From Alphaproteobacteria bacterium (lineage in GTDB: Bacteria; Pseudomonadota; Alphaproteobacteria; UBA828): a DNA stretch of 64,000 nucleotides. Positions 40,511 through 51,985 of this stretch are shown here, in pieces (the first letter of the stretch is position 1; every line of letters begins with the position of its first letter). The stretch covers positions 2,048,001 through 2,112,000 of the forward strand of contig OZ243972.1 of NCBI GenBank assembly GCA_965214705.1. Direction: 5' to 3'. A program made the translations under genes and the position numbers. Below the pieces are notes generated by a model. The model saw only the letters and a list, made by a program, of their open reading frames with translations. It was not told the origin of the DNA and searched no databases.

Positions 40511-41392
40511 ATGCGGGGAGACAGTTCAGGATCGGCGCTAGGCGCCGAGGTCGTGGCGACGGTCAAATGGTTCAATCCGGTGAAGGGATACGGCTTCCTG
40601 ACGTCGGCGGACGGCTCTCGCGATCTCTTCTGCCACGTGTCGGCGGTAGCCCGAGCGGGGTGGGACAGTCTGCCTGAGGGCGCAACCGTCACGTGCGAAG
40701 TCGAGCACGGCCCTCGGGGCCCGCAGGTCTGGCAGATCCATTCCGTCGATGCCTCGACCGCGTCCACGGGCGCGGCGAGAAGCGGAGGGTCGCGGCGCGG
40801 AGAGTACGGACATATGCATGGTGAGCAGGGTCCGGCTTACGGCCGCCGCGTTGTGGCCATGGTCAAGTGGTTCAATTCGGCAAAGGGTTTCGGGTTTCTG
40901 GTTCCCGACGACGGCTCGCCCGATGTGTTCTGCCATGCCACGGCTGTCAGGGAAGCCGGTTACGACACGCTGCTGGAGGGCGCGACCGTGACCTGCGAGG
41001 TGGCGGAGGGCCAGCGCGGTCCGGCGGTGTCGTCCATCGTCGCCGTCGATTTCTCGACCGCCACGGCCGATGGCGGAGGCCGTGACGAGCGCTGGCTTGA
41101 GCGTCGGGACGGCCGGTGGGGTCACGGCGAGGCGGTCGGGCCGGTCGAGGAGCGTTTCGGCCTTGTCAAGTTCTACAGCTCCGCCAAGGGCTACGGATTC
41201 GTGGTCCCGGACGACGGCGGCCCGGACGTGTTCCTGCACGGTAGTGTTCTCAACCGCGCAGGCCTCGGCGGCCTGGGGACGGGTCAGCGCGTGCGCGTCG
41301 TGGTGGAGCAGGGAGCTCGCGGTCTTCAGGCGACCGAGATAATGCTCTTATCCCATCTTTGCCATTTTGGCGCGCGCCTGCGACCTAAGTAG
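40511..41392 (+). CDS. Protein with three tandem cold-shock domains (C-terminus extended into IS1634)
   Basis: VKWFNPVKGYGF/DLFCH, VKWFNSAKGFGF/DVFCH and VKFYSSAKGYGF/DVFLH; original stop TTA-TGA split by the IS. Confidence 0.9.
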   Translation: MRGDSSGSALGAEVVATVKWFNPVKGYGFLTSADGSRDLFCHVSAVARAGWDSLPEGATVTCEVEHGPRGPQVWQIHSVDASTASTGAARSGGSRRGEYGHMHGEQGPAYGRRVVAMVKWFNSAKGFGFLVPDDGSPDVFCHATAVREAGYDTLLEGATVTCEVAEGQRGPAVSSIVAVDFSTATADGGGRDERWLERRDGRWGHGEAVGPVEERFGLVKFYSSAKGYGFVVPDDGGPDVFLHGSVLNRAGLGGLGTGQRVRVVVEQGARGLQATEIMLLSHLCHFGARLRPK

Positions 41393-43447
41393 TTGCGATG
41401 ATGGGCTGATTTTCTGGCCCATCTGGGATTATGGCACTACGTTTGTGCGCTCATCGCGACACTCCCGGGAGCACCGCCCGGCGCCTGTGGGGATCCACCG
41501 TGAGGCCCGCCGCCTGCGCGATGACGCGCGCCTCGGCGTCGGGTTGAGCATCCTGGCGGATGACGATGCGGTTTCCGTCCACCTCCCGGATGGTGGAGGT
41601 GAGACGCACCCAGCCCGCGAGCTTGTCGCGGATCGTACTCCAGCGGTCATGCAAGCCGTGCGCCGCCAGACGGGTTCGCAGCAGATGAACCGCGTGGTAG
41701 GCGAGGACGGCGATGAACAGGTGGGCGGCGATGCGCGAGGTCTTGGAGTGCCAGACCGGGCGCAGGCCGATTTCGGATTTCAGGCTGCGGAAGGTGGCCT
41801 CGAGCTCTGTGAGCTTCCAGTAGGTTCGGACCACGGTTTCAAGATCCCACTCGACGTGGCTGGTGCGCAGCACATAGATGCCCGCTTGGCGGTCGCGCTC
41901 GGCATGGAGAGCGTTGCGCCTCCAGCGGACCGCACTGGCCCGCCCCTTCTCTCCGGGCTCGACCTCGATGTCGTACTGACGGTGGACGCGCCTGTACCTT
42001 TCCTTCAGCCGGCCCAGCTTCTCCATCACCTTGGTGAACTGCTTGATGTGGTTCTTCTTCGACAGCCCGCCATGCAGGGCGCGCAGGGCGTCCTCGAAGT
42101 TGTGACGCTGACGGGCGAGCACGGCCTCGTCCTTCTGCTGGCGCTCATGGCTCCAGACGCACAGGTGCGCTTCGTCGTCCCCTGCCGCGAGACGCCAGGC
42201 GCGGGCATCGTGGCCGGCCCGGGTTTCGAAGGCGGCATCGGCTTCGCGCCCGGGCGGCGCCGAGACGCCGCGGCGAACGGTGATCCAGTGATAGCCGCCC
42301 GCCCGCAGCCAGGCGAGGTTGGCCTCGGTGGAGATGCCGGCGTCCATGATGACCGTGGGCCTGGGGGCGTTGCTGCCGCGCGCTTGGCATTCCAGCCGCC
42401 CGATGGCGTCGGCGAGAGTGGCCGGCTCGGAGATGTTGCCGGGCAGGATCTCGCTGTGCTGCGGAAAGCCGGCCTGGTTCAGCGACAGGGCCAGGGTCAC
42501 GATCGGACAATCGTCACGCCTCTGCTTCGAGCGCCCGAAGCGGGCCAGCGCGGAGCTGGGCCGTCCGGTCATATGGGTGTTGGTCAGGTCGAAGAAGACG
42601 ATGGTGTCGGGGATGCCGAAGAGATCGCGCTCCCGGGCGCACAGCGCCTCTTCAAGCGCCGCGCGGTGACGCCACAAGAGGTCGCCGATGCGGTAGAGCT
42701 TGCTGAGCGTGAGCGACTTGCCGCTGTCGACATCGAGCAACTCCAGGGTCGCGCTGTTCGCGCTCAGCCAGCGGAAGGCCTCGCGCTCGCTGGAGGGATG
42801 GATCATGCGCGCGACCACCAGTGCCGCCGCGATGCGTGCGTCGCGCTCACTTGCGCCCAGCCTCTCCAGCGTCTCGATGAAGCGAAGGTCGTCAAGCGCG
42901 GCGAGAGCCAGGCGCTCGCAGCCCACCGAGCGGACCTGTTCGTGGGAGAGGCTATCGAGACGGACCGTGGCCAGGTCGCTCTCGTCCCCGGGCCGCGACG
43001 CGCCGAGATCGCGGGCGTGAAGCCGCCGTACGACGTCCTCGGCGACGGGGCGCAAGGCGGCATCCGGCTCCAGCAGCGGCTCGCTGCCGGCGAGAAGGGT
43101 TTCGATCAGAAGCGCCAATTCGCGCCATTGCTCCTCGGGCACACCGAAGTCGGCGCCGAGATTGAGGAGCGTGACCTGGCGCACCCTTCCGCCGATGCGT
43201 TCGCTGCGCACGAGGCGGTAGGTGGCATAGCGCTCGCCACCGTCTCCGCGACCGGTGAGGGTTTTGCGAATGAACATGGCGGCAGGGTCACGGACAGTTT
43301 GCGGACTGTCAAGGAGCGCCGGCCCACAGACCAAAGATTATGGCACTACAATGGACTTCCCAAAACACAATCCAACAAAATCAGTGCCTTAGATCCCAAA
43401 GGCTACCCAAAATCAGGCCTTCGGGACCGAAAAGTGGCAAAGATGGG
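41352..43447 (-). mobile_element. IS1634 family element type A, copy 2 (2096 bp)
   Basis: Same IRs and transposase as 18848-20943; 4-bp duplication TTAT. Confidence 0.94.
41451..43277 (-). CDS. IS1634 family DDE transposase (type A)
   Basis: Translation identical to copy 1. Confidence 0.92.
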   Translation of the reverse strand: MFIRKTLTGRGDGGERYATYRLVRSERIGGRVRQVTLLNLGADFGVPEEQWRELALLIETLLAGSEPLLEPDAALRPVAEDVVRRLHARDLGASRPGDESDLATVRLDSLSHEQVRSVGCERLALAALDDLRFIETLERLGASERDARIAAALVVARMIHPSSEREAFRWLSANSATLELLDVDSGKSLTLSKLYRIGDLLWRHRAALEEALCARERDLFGIPDTIVFFDLTNTHMTGRPSSALARFGRSKQRRDDCPIVTLALSLNQAGFPQHSEILPGNISEPATLADAIGRLECQARGSNAPRPTVIMDAGISTEANLAWLRAGGYHWITVRRGVSAPPGREADAAFETRAGHDARAWRLAAGDDEAHLCVWSHERQQKDEAVLARQRHNFEDALRALHGGLSKKNHIKQFTKVMEKLGRLKERYRRVHRQYDIEVEPGEKGRASAVRWRRNALHAERDRQAGIYVLRTSHVEWDLETVVRTYWKLTELEATFRSLKSEIGLRPVWHSKTSRIAAHLFIAVLAYHAVHLLRTRLAAHGLHDRWSTIRDKLAGWVRLTSTIREVDGNRIVIRQDAQPDAEARVIAQAAGLTVDPHRRRAVLPGVSR

Positions 43448-43845
43448 TTATGAGGCTGCGTCGATGCCGCTTCTTGTTGCCGGCATATCTCCCGTGACGG
43501 GAAACGTGTCCGCAACGTCGGAACCGTCCTGACCGGGCGTAGGTAGGAGGCCTATTTGACCATCCGCTTGAGGCCCATCAGCGTCCGCACCTTGACCGCC
43601 GCAGAAGCCAGCCTGGCCGATATCTCGATTTCTTCCCCCGTCCGCGGCGAGACATTGTCGTCGCCTTCCTGGCCGGCTTGCGCACTCGCCTGATCTTGAG
43701 AAGACCGAAAACCTCCTCTACCACGACCTGATCGTCGACAAGAGGCTTTGCTCGGGAACGCGGACGTAGAGGCTCCACGCGGCGCAGCAGTTCCCGTGCG
43801 AACGCTTCGGGAAATCTCGTTCGCGGTCTTGGGTCGGACAGCCTC

Positions 43846-44175
43846 TCACCGGGGCGGCTCCTCCGACCAAGAGCCCTGATTCTGAATGCAGGCAGCAAGG
43901 CCGGCTTCGTAGATCCACTCGGCCGCATCGTCGGGCTCTTCGCGGAAGGCGGCCTCTACCGCGTCAATGACCTCCTCGTAGAAGTCGCGGTCCAGCTCGA
44001 ACATGATGATCGCGGCCGGCTCGGCGTGGCGCTCCTCAAGGTCAAGCTCCTGGACCTCGTGATCGACGCAGGGCCAGATTACGTGCTCCATGATGTCATC
44101 ACGGGTCTGGGCACCGACTGTGCCGGGCAGGACGATTGCGGCGGCGAGCGCGGTGGCAATGATGATGGGTTTCAT
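43846..44175 (-). CDS. Hypothetical secreted acidic protein
   Basis: Signal peptide MKPIIIATALAAAIVLPGTVGA; two Cys; GAGGAAGG RBS. Confidence 0.7.
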   Translation of the reverse strand: MKPIIIATALAAAIVLPGTVGAQTRDDIMEHVIWPCVDHEVQELDLEERHAEPAAIIMFELDRDFYEEVIDAVEAAFREEPDDAAEWIYEAGLAACIQNQGSWSEEPPR

Positions 44176-44563
44176 CGGTTCTGTCCTTCCTCATGAATCG
44201 CAGGGCCACTCGTCATTGCCGGCGGGTGGTCCCTTCTTGGGTCCGTGGAGTTGCGCGATGGCTTCCGCATTTTCTTCATATGCTGTTCCGGGGCCTTTTT
44301 GGGCATGATGTCAGCCATCTGCTCGGCGTGATTCTGTCGATACCGCCTTACCCGGATCGCGGCCATACGAAGCTCTCTCTGGTAGAGTCAGATGGTGGCG
44401 ACTACCGAAGCACCGGTAATGCCTGCCCATATGTGAATTGGCAGAACTGCTGCCATACCGACAGTCGGTTCTATGATCAGAATCGCGGTATGGAGGGCAG
44501 CCACTGGAATATGCTTCCGCATCGCGCCACCATCTTGATTCCCTGCTCCACGCCAACTGGCCT

Positions 44564-44929
44564 CTAAAATTCCCCTTCTTCTGGGTCCTTAAGGTGGCGA
44601 TGGGGATCCATCGAGTCGTGCAGCACGCGAAGCACATCGATCGTGGGCGGCTCAGACGGTTCGCCGACACGGTAGAGAACGAGATGCCGCCCTCTCCGTC
44701 CACCGCGCGCCACATGCAGCGTCATGAGACCAGGGGCAATGTCGTCGCGTGGCCTGGAACCGGTAACCTGCGGTCCCGCCGTCAGCGCCTGGATAGCAAG
44801 CCTCAGGATTTCGCCATAGACATGCGCTTGCGCAGTTCCAAACCGCTCGGACGTCCAGTGCAGGATGCTCCGATAGTCACCTTCGGCCGCGGCGGTCAGG
44901 CGAACTCGCCACCGGCCGCCGCCGGTCAT
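44564..44929 (-). CDS. parE: ParE/RelE family toxin
   Basis: VRLTAAAEGD..IL.WTSERFG..QA..Y, RDDIAPG and HLVLYRV. Confidence 0.88.
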   Translation of the reverse strand: MTGGGRWRVRLTAAAEGDYRSILHWTSERFGTAQAHVYGEILRLAIQALTAGPQVTGSRPRDDIAPGLMTLHVARGGRRGRHLVLYRVGEPSEPPTIDVLRVLHDSMDPHRHLKDPEEGEF

Positions 44930-45231
44930 CGCTCAACTTCGCTGATGGACGAGCGGTCGGCAATCTCGTCTGGGGATAGCGCGGAAAGGTGAGCCCCCAA
45001 CGCATCAGCCGTGTCGAACGCGAGGAAGCGTCCGGCTGCAATGTCGGCGATGCCGGTCTCTGCAGCTTCGCGCATGGCCTTGAGGCGTATCTCATCCTCC
45101 GATTCCTGCCGCTCGACCAGCCTGAGCCCTTCGCGCAGGACCTCACTGGCATTCTGGTAGCGGCCGGACGCCACAAGTTTGGCGACCAGGGACGCCTGAT
45201 GTTCGGTGAGCACCACATTGCGCGTCGGCAT
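44926..45231 (-). CDS. parD: ParD family antitoxin
   Basis: TRNVVLT..VASGRYQNASEVLREGLRL; ATGA overlap with the toxin. Confidence 0.9.
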   Translation of the reverse strand: MPTRNVVLTEHQASLVAKLVASGRYQNASEVLREGLRLVERQESEDEIRLKAMREAAETGIADIAAGRFLAFDTADALGAHLSALSPDEIADRSSISEVER

Positions 45232-45410
45232 GACGCTTCCTCCCACTGCGGGCGTATGTTGGCATATTATGCTAGTATCCGTTCGTCTGAAAGGTCTCAT
45301 GGTAGGGCCGCAAGGGGGCGGCAGGAGCGGAATTTCGTTGCCGGCGCGGCGGACCGCGCAATGGTGACGTGCGGGCCCAACCCCGGCGGCGTAGCCAAGC
45401 GACCGCCTGG

Positions 45411-45707
45411 CTATGACATCCTGCCTCCCATGGAGGCGAGAATGATGCGTTCGACCCTGTCCAGGGAGCAGCCCATTTGGATGTTGAGGGCGTCGCACGC
45501 CTTCTGGACCTCCTCCCAGCTGTCCATCTCCATTTTGGTGGGGAAGTAGCCGGGACCCTCCGCCGGTACGATCCGGATTGGGCGGGAACCTTCGCGCACC
45601 TCGGGGGCGGGCATCAGCACATGGGGGTTGGAAACGGAGTCGTACAGGGTTCCGTCTTCTTCGATGAAGCTGCATTTGCAGAGCTTTTCGGCGATGACCC
45701 GCTTCAC
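45411..45707 (-). CDS. Hypothetical protein
   Basis: 98-aa ORF with GGAGG RBS before GTG. Confidence 0.55.
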   Translation of the reverse strand: MKRVIAEKLCKCSFIEEDGTLYDSVSNPHVLMPAPEVREGSRPIRIVPAEGPGYFPTKMEMDSWEEVQKACDALNIQMGCSLDRVERIILASMGGRMS

Positions 45708-46471
45708 GAAGCGTCCTCCGTGCCGGGGGCTACGGTCTGACCAGACTGTCGCCGTCGGGCATTGGGGGCTCGCTGCGCCGGTGCGAACCCTATTGGCGTA
45801 CGGGCCAAACGGCTTCCTTCACCGGAGTGCCGAAGGCGATTCGGTATTCCTCAACATGGCAGGCCGCGACGCTGGCTGAAAGAACGTAGTCCATGATCGG
45901 GAGCGTCCTTGAGTCGCATGGTTCCAGCTCCCGCAAGTGAAACTGTCAAGGATCGAACCGAACGGTGCCGTTATTGCGTCGAGGACTCGTTACGCAAACC
46001 GCACGCCGAGTATCAAAGACAGCCTCTCTCGCGGAACGCCGTAAAATTGACGCCGCTGGCGTGTACCAGCCGCGTTTTACCTAGCGCGCCGAGCCGAAAT
46101 ACGGTCTCCCTGTTGCCGTAGGGGATGCGCGATGGCGTGCTGCTATCTGAGCTTGTGTGGACCACCGGAGACTGCTGAGGCGACCACGCAAGGCTGCTCG
46201 ATCCGCTAAGACGCCGGGTCCTGGTTCGTCGGCTACCCCGCTTCTGCGTCGTCGGAGGTAAGGCGGATATCTCTGCACTGCCGCGCCCTCCGACCCAATA
46301 GACGTCCAGATTCTCTCAACGTCTATCCCAACACTCTCACCACTATAATCTAAACTCCAGTGGTATCATTAAGAGATCCCCGAACACTATCCTTCACTTT
46401 ATCTACAAGCCGTTTACTTGGAGATTTTGAACCCGTTTCGTGCTTTGCTATAGCCAAGCTGATTAAGTCCA

Positions 46472-46638
46472 AAGGCTTATCCCTTTGAGCACGGCTTGCC
46501 CAAATGTGGAATGCCAGCTTGCCCACCCTGCAGTTGCTAACGCTATGAAAGGGCTAGAAAACAGGATCCATGGCAAATGACTTCGTCGAAGCAGCCGGTA
46601 CAGCATCTTGGGGAGCCGGAACCAGAGGGATAAGCCCT
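46472..46638. mobile_element. 167-bp MITE with IS1595/ISSod11-type ends
   Basis: Ends AAGGCTTATCCCT / AGGGATAAGCCCT; 8-bp duplication TAAGTCCA; excision restores SILDLISLAIAKHETG in the host gene. Confidence 0.8.
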
Positions 46639-46767
46639 TAAGTCCAAAATACTATCTTTAGTTTTGGAGCTCACAAATCCATACCTGTATTGGCCACGCA
46701 GCATGTGAAAGGTCTTTAGAAGGTAGAAGGAGTTTCTAGGCAATCGCTTGATGTAATCACCTATTAA

Positions 46768-47969
46768 GGAAAGTCTGAACAACCCCATCTTGGCGGCTTC
46801 GAGGGGGAGAGGGGGCTTGGATTTGAAGCTCGACGATATTGCCGGCAGGCCGGGGGCTGCTTTTGTCGCGGGATACGGAGCGAACGGGCGATATCCGCGT
46901 CGATCCGCCGCATTCCCCGTCGTCCCGCCGGCGGCGGGCGGACTGCTCCCCTGTCATTGCGTCGCGTAGCGGCCGGCGATCAGCAGGTTCGAGAACCCCA
47001 GCAGCAACGCGATGCGCTGCCTGTTCTTCGCCACGCCCCGGTAGCGCACCTTGGCGTAGCCGAAGTGCCGCTTCACGTACAGGAACGGATGCTCCACCTT
47101 CGCCCGCACCGACGCCTTGCGCTTCTCGGCCGCCGCTTCGGCGCCACCCCCGGCCAGCAGCCGGCGCCGCCCCGGCTTCATCGCCACACGCCACTCGACA
47201 CTGCCATCCCGGTGCTCAGGACGCTTCTCCACCCCCTGGTAGCCTGCGTCGCCCCACGCCGTCACCTCGGCGCCATGCAGCAGCGCTCCCGCCTGCGTCA
47301 CGTCGCTTGCGTTGGCCGCCGTCGTCACCACGCTGTGCGCCAGACCAGACCCGGCGTCTACCCCGATGTGCGCCTTCATCCCGAAATACCACTGCTTGCC
47401 CTTCCTCGTCTGACGCATCTCAGGGTCCCGTGCGCGGCGCCGGTTCTTCGTCGACGACGGCGCCTCGATGATGCTCGCGTCAACGATCGTCCCCGTGCGC
47501 AGCCAATGGCCGCGCGACGCCAGGTGCGCATTGATCTCCTCGAACAGACCCGCGCCCAGGCCGTGCCTCTCCAGCAGATGCCGGAAGTTCAGGATGGTGG
47601 TCTCGTCGGGCAGCGCCTCCGTCAGGCGCAGCCCCACGAAACGCCTCACCGACTCCACCTCGTAGAGCAGGTCCTCCATCCCCGGATCGCTCAGGTTGTA
47701 GAACAGCTGCACGCAGTGAACGCGCAGCATCACCCTAAGCGGGTACGGGCGCCGACCGCGCCCCGCCTTCGGATAGAACGGCTCGATCCGCCGTTCCAGC
47801 CGCTCCCAGGGAACCAGCTTGTCCATCTTCTCCAGGAACAGCTCGCGCCGCGTCCGGCGCTTCTTCAAGTCGTGCTCCAGTTCCGAAAAGCTCGCCTGTG
47901 CCATGACCCGATCATCCAATCTGCGACTCCTACGAAAATCATGGCACACCCGACTTGATCAGACCTTCC
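46768..47969 (-). mobile_element. IS5 family element (1202 bp)
   Basis: IR GGAAAGTCTGAACAA / TTGATCAGACCTTCC; TTAA duplication. Confidence 0.94.
46954..47904 (-). CDS. IS5 family transposase
   Basis: LPDETTILNFRH, IVDASII, FGMKAHIGVD, GDAGYQG and RAKVEHPF. Confidence 0.95.
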   Translation of the reverse strand: MAQASFSELEHDLKKRRTRRELFLEKMDKLVPWERLERRIEPFYPKAGRGRRPYPLRVMLRVHCVQLFYNLSDPGMEDLLYEVESVRRFVGLRLTEALPDETTILNFRHLLERHGLGAGLFEEINAHLASRGHWLRTGTIVDASIIEAPSSTKNRRRARDPEMRQTRKGKQWYFGMKAHIGVDAGSGLAHSVVTTAANASDVTQAGALLHGAEVTAWGDAGYQGVEKRPEHRDGSVEWRVAMKPGRRRLLAGGGAEAAAEKRKASVRAKVEHPFLYVKRHFGYAKVRYRGVAKNRQRIALLLGFSNLLIAGRYATQ

Positions 47970-50900
47970 TTAACTCCTGCCAACCCGCTGGTCTGCTTTT
48001 CACAACGACACTAGCCACAAGAAATTCTCCTGGCCCGGAGCCGCCAGACCTCAACCACATCTCAAACAATGGGGTCATCCTTGGAGAGGCAATATCCCTC
48101 TCGTGTTCTGCAACTACGGTTGCGGGGATTGAATCGACAATACTGTTCCATAACTCCTCTCCCTCCAACTTTTCGAACCCAGCTCCCAGGCCAAATTTAA
48201 TGTGGTCAAACACAGCAAAACGCTCTTCCGCCATTATTGGGCTCAGAATAAACAACACCTGCATCTCTTTGCTCCAAGCGCGTACGACTTCGTGCAGCAG
48301 CTCCCCCTTTATCTCAGAACTTACGTAGTCGCTGTTTCTCAAGGCGCGAGCGGCCGCTTTCAGGACCTGCATACACTCAAACAAACTGGAATCCCTCACA
48401 AACGCTCGAATATTCTGGTTGTAAGGCACACTGCGGTCATACCGGCCGTCGGCTATCTGATCCTTCAATGCCACAGGCAGAGTAGACCGGGCCGCTTCCT
48501 CTCTTAGGTGTTTCTTTAACCTTCCTATTGCCTGCTGGTTGGGACTCCACTTCGCAGCTGAATATGGATCAAAATCGCCATCCATCCCCGTTCTGCGCTC
48601 GAAGCCGTCGTTTACGTCACGCAAATCAGCCGTCAATATTCTCAATAGCTCTTCCCGCCGTCGATCGACACCAGAATAGAACTCAATAACTTCTGGAAAA
48701 CTCATATAAAAAGAGTCCTTCAGAACAAACTCGCAAAATGCGGCACCATGATGCATCCTGTGCGCTCCGAAAAATATATCCAATGAACATATCTGAAATG
48801 ATACAGCACTCCGCCTCGACAATAATATTTTCACAACTCATAACCTCGAAAAGCTTCGCACAGTCAACATCAATCGACATATTGGTGCAAAACTTTGCAG
48901 ACGAAACGATAAATTCCTTTTTTGTGAAGCCATTTCGTCTTTGACGGATAAGGTCTTCGCAAAATGCCCCTATGACAGCCAGCGCATCCTTCATATCTGG
49001 AAAATTACCATAGTCGGGAACCTTCCTATAGGAGAAAAAAATCAAAAACAAAAATCTCTCGAACATGTCCGCTCGGTTAACCGGACTGTAATCTATCCCA
49101 CTAGCGTAAATTGCCAGCAGCGTCAGGCATACCAAAGGTGTTCTGTGAACATTTAGATTCTCGATGTCATCAGCTAACCTTTGCAAGGCCGCGTTCTCGT
49201 CAAGATCATAACCAGCGGAAATGAACTTTTGCACTATTTCGCGCATCTGACCTCGTTCGAGTGACCACAAGAAAAATACGTCTAACTCAGCATCGAGCTG
49301 CCCCTCATACTGCCACACGGCAACTTCACTATCGCTCAATCCCAGCAGAATCGTGAGGGGAACCTGAGGATGAGTCTTCTTGATGTTGTTAATCTTCCGA
49401 TAGTTAATCGGGCCGCTTTCATCCAGTATAATAGCACTAAGGTCAGCTGCATTCAATCCAAGCTCGTCAATCCGATCCCGAATGTAGCTCTGAATTCCTG
49501 TCTCATGATTTTGGAGCTCGCTCGCATTTATACATAGAGCGAACTTCCGAGGCTTTGACTTCCAGGCCGAAAGAGCCAGGTATCGCCCCAGACTACTCAA
49601 GCCAAATTGACGGGGCGCAATTACAAAGCAGTCGCGAAAAGGCTCGCGCAACGAGTCGGACGTTAAAACTATTGCGGAGTTGTCATCCGAACTAGATTCA
49701 GTTTGATCGGCAATATTGGCACCACCCATACAGCAGGAAAGGACGCGTAACACTTCAAACAAGCGTTCACATTGTTCTGTAGTAAGGCCAATATTCTACC
49801 ATACGCATGACAGTCGGGCTCAACGGTCGATTCGAAGTCTCCGATTTGGCCGTGGCGCAAAGTGACTATGCCGGTATCGTTCCTGGAAAACATTGTTCCG
49901 GCAACAAATCTGTCGTGAGCCCATTGTCGGTAGTGAATGTTCAGGGAAGTCAGTTCGTCATCAATTACAAGAATAGAATATCCTAGAAGATCAGACTTCT
50001 GCGAAAACAATTGTGGCGCCGAGCAGTGTACGTAAGAATCTGTGCCGTTGGTGATGTGAAAGGATTCTTGGTTGTGGACGTGGCCGTTAAGACCAAATCA
50101 AAATAACGTAAGCACAAGGATCTAATTTCCTCTTCGGCCCAATCTGTTAACCATTCGAAGGGGTGATGCATAATAAGGATCTTATATCCATGGCCAGATT
50201 CTTCTAGCCATGCGTGCAACCTTCTCGTCTCAACCGGAAGTTCTTTATCATCACTTATAGTGTTTTGGTTTTCATCGCGCAGGCCTCCGAAGGAGTATAG
50301 GGCGGTGTCTAAGCAGTAGATGCCAATACTGTTCGGAAGATCAAATCCACGTCCACAGAACGATGCAGCTGTGAGCGGCCAATCGGAAATGGACGCCTGC
50401 CACTCCAAGAAGGGCAGGAATTTCGATTTTAAAAGATGTTCCTGAGAGCCATATACTGTATCGTTGAATTGTGTTTCGGTGGTCTCTCTCTCCTGTAGTC
50501 CCTTTAGGAGAGGTAAATTCGTCTTTGTGAATTCTCTGTCAATGTCGTGATTTCCAGGGACAATAATCGACCGTTGGCGGGTTATGCCAAGTGCATTTAG
50601 TCTTTCTCCAAATATGCTAGTAAATACTGGTAGGCTTCTCGTTCAGTACCCTCCTGAAGTATATCTCCAGTGAATGCTACGAATACTTCGTCCATTTCGC
50701 TGATTTGTCGCTGCAAGTCAGCGAAAAACTCACGTAAAACGACACCTTGTTCTTCGTGCCAGTTCTTGCGCAAGTGCAAATCAGAGATATGTAGAATTGT
50801 GGTTGGCATTTTGACTTAGACTCATTCAAGACTTGGGGAAAGAATTGTATCGACATTGGCGGTCGTTATCAAGAGGGACATTTCTTGAGGTGGATTTCGG

Positions 50901-51985
50901 CCGGTGGGGGGCGGGCGATGGCATGCGAAGTGGCAGTTCAATTGAATTTTGGTTGGGCTGTCAGGATTGAATGTCTGATGGTGGTGAGGGCAAGATTGAG
51001 GGGCGTATTGTTAGTTGGGCGGTTCGAGATGGGTACCTTGGTCTGGCGCATGGCTGACAGGACGGGAACTGAGATGTCGGCAGTTACTAGGGTTTTGTGA
51101 GGGGATGCGAACCGGCGCCGGTGGTCGCTCAATCGTTGGCGGGGGTCAGTCATCCGGATGCCGCAAAGCCTCCGGACGCTCAAGCGGTGCGCCCGAATAT
51201 GCCTAGCCCGGCGCTCGCCTAGATTCAATAACTATATGAATTGACATACTTTTTCCGGACAGCGCGACTTTCTATCCCTAAATCAATCCCACACCAAGTA
51301 TGATACTTGTGCGTCCTCCCGTAGACCTCCGGATACCTCAATCATCGTGGCTGATGTCACCATGGTAATCCCTCGGTGGGTCGGGATGACACGGGCGGAC
51401 AGCCATGTTGGACGTCCGTTGGGCCAACAGAATGATCCCTGTACACGATGGTTTCAAGGTTGCAACCCTCCGGCGGGACCGTTCCACGGTTCGGCCGAAG
51501 CCTTACCATTGATGTCAGGCGTTCCGTCGCGCCGTCGAGGCCAGGTAGGGTCTACCGATGGAGGAGCGTTCCCAGGTTCCTCCGTGGCGGTCGGACCGGG
51601 TCGCAGACGATGACCGCATAGAGGAGGGTCGCCGAGCGCGACCTGATGTCGCCGGGCGTGGCGCGCTGCGAGCCCTGTTCGCGCAGGCACCGCGAGAGCT
51701 CGGGAGCGTTTCGCGGCATCCCGCTCTGGGACCCGAACTGTACGGTGATCGGGATCGCCACCGGCCGGGAGCATGGCCCCTATGACAGCGAGGCCGATGT
51801 CGCGCTCCGCCTGGCCTTCGTCAAGCTCTCGCGAAGTGATGTCAAGGTCGCTGCCATCGGACTGACTGACGTCGGCGATCGCCGCCAGCCGGGCCCTTCA
51901 GACGTTCCTGCGAACGTCGTGGACCGTGCTCACGAAACCGCCGCGATTCCAAGCCCACGGATATAGCGACACCGATTGATCAACC

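Larger units (their letters stand above)
46350..50809 (-). pseudogene. Calcineurin-like metallophosphoesterase fused to a STAND-like NTPase (about 1000 aa), shattered
   Basis: HISDLH, FTGD, VPGNHD, MHHP and GHVH; divergent P-loop APRQFGLSS and IILDE; about five frameshifts plus IS5 and MITE insertions; low GC. Confidence 0.78.

Noticed and set aside
18848-43447. Large composite transposon bounded by the two type A copies
   Set aside because: Different individual duplications (GCAA, TTAT); no shared outer duplication.
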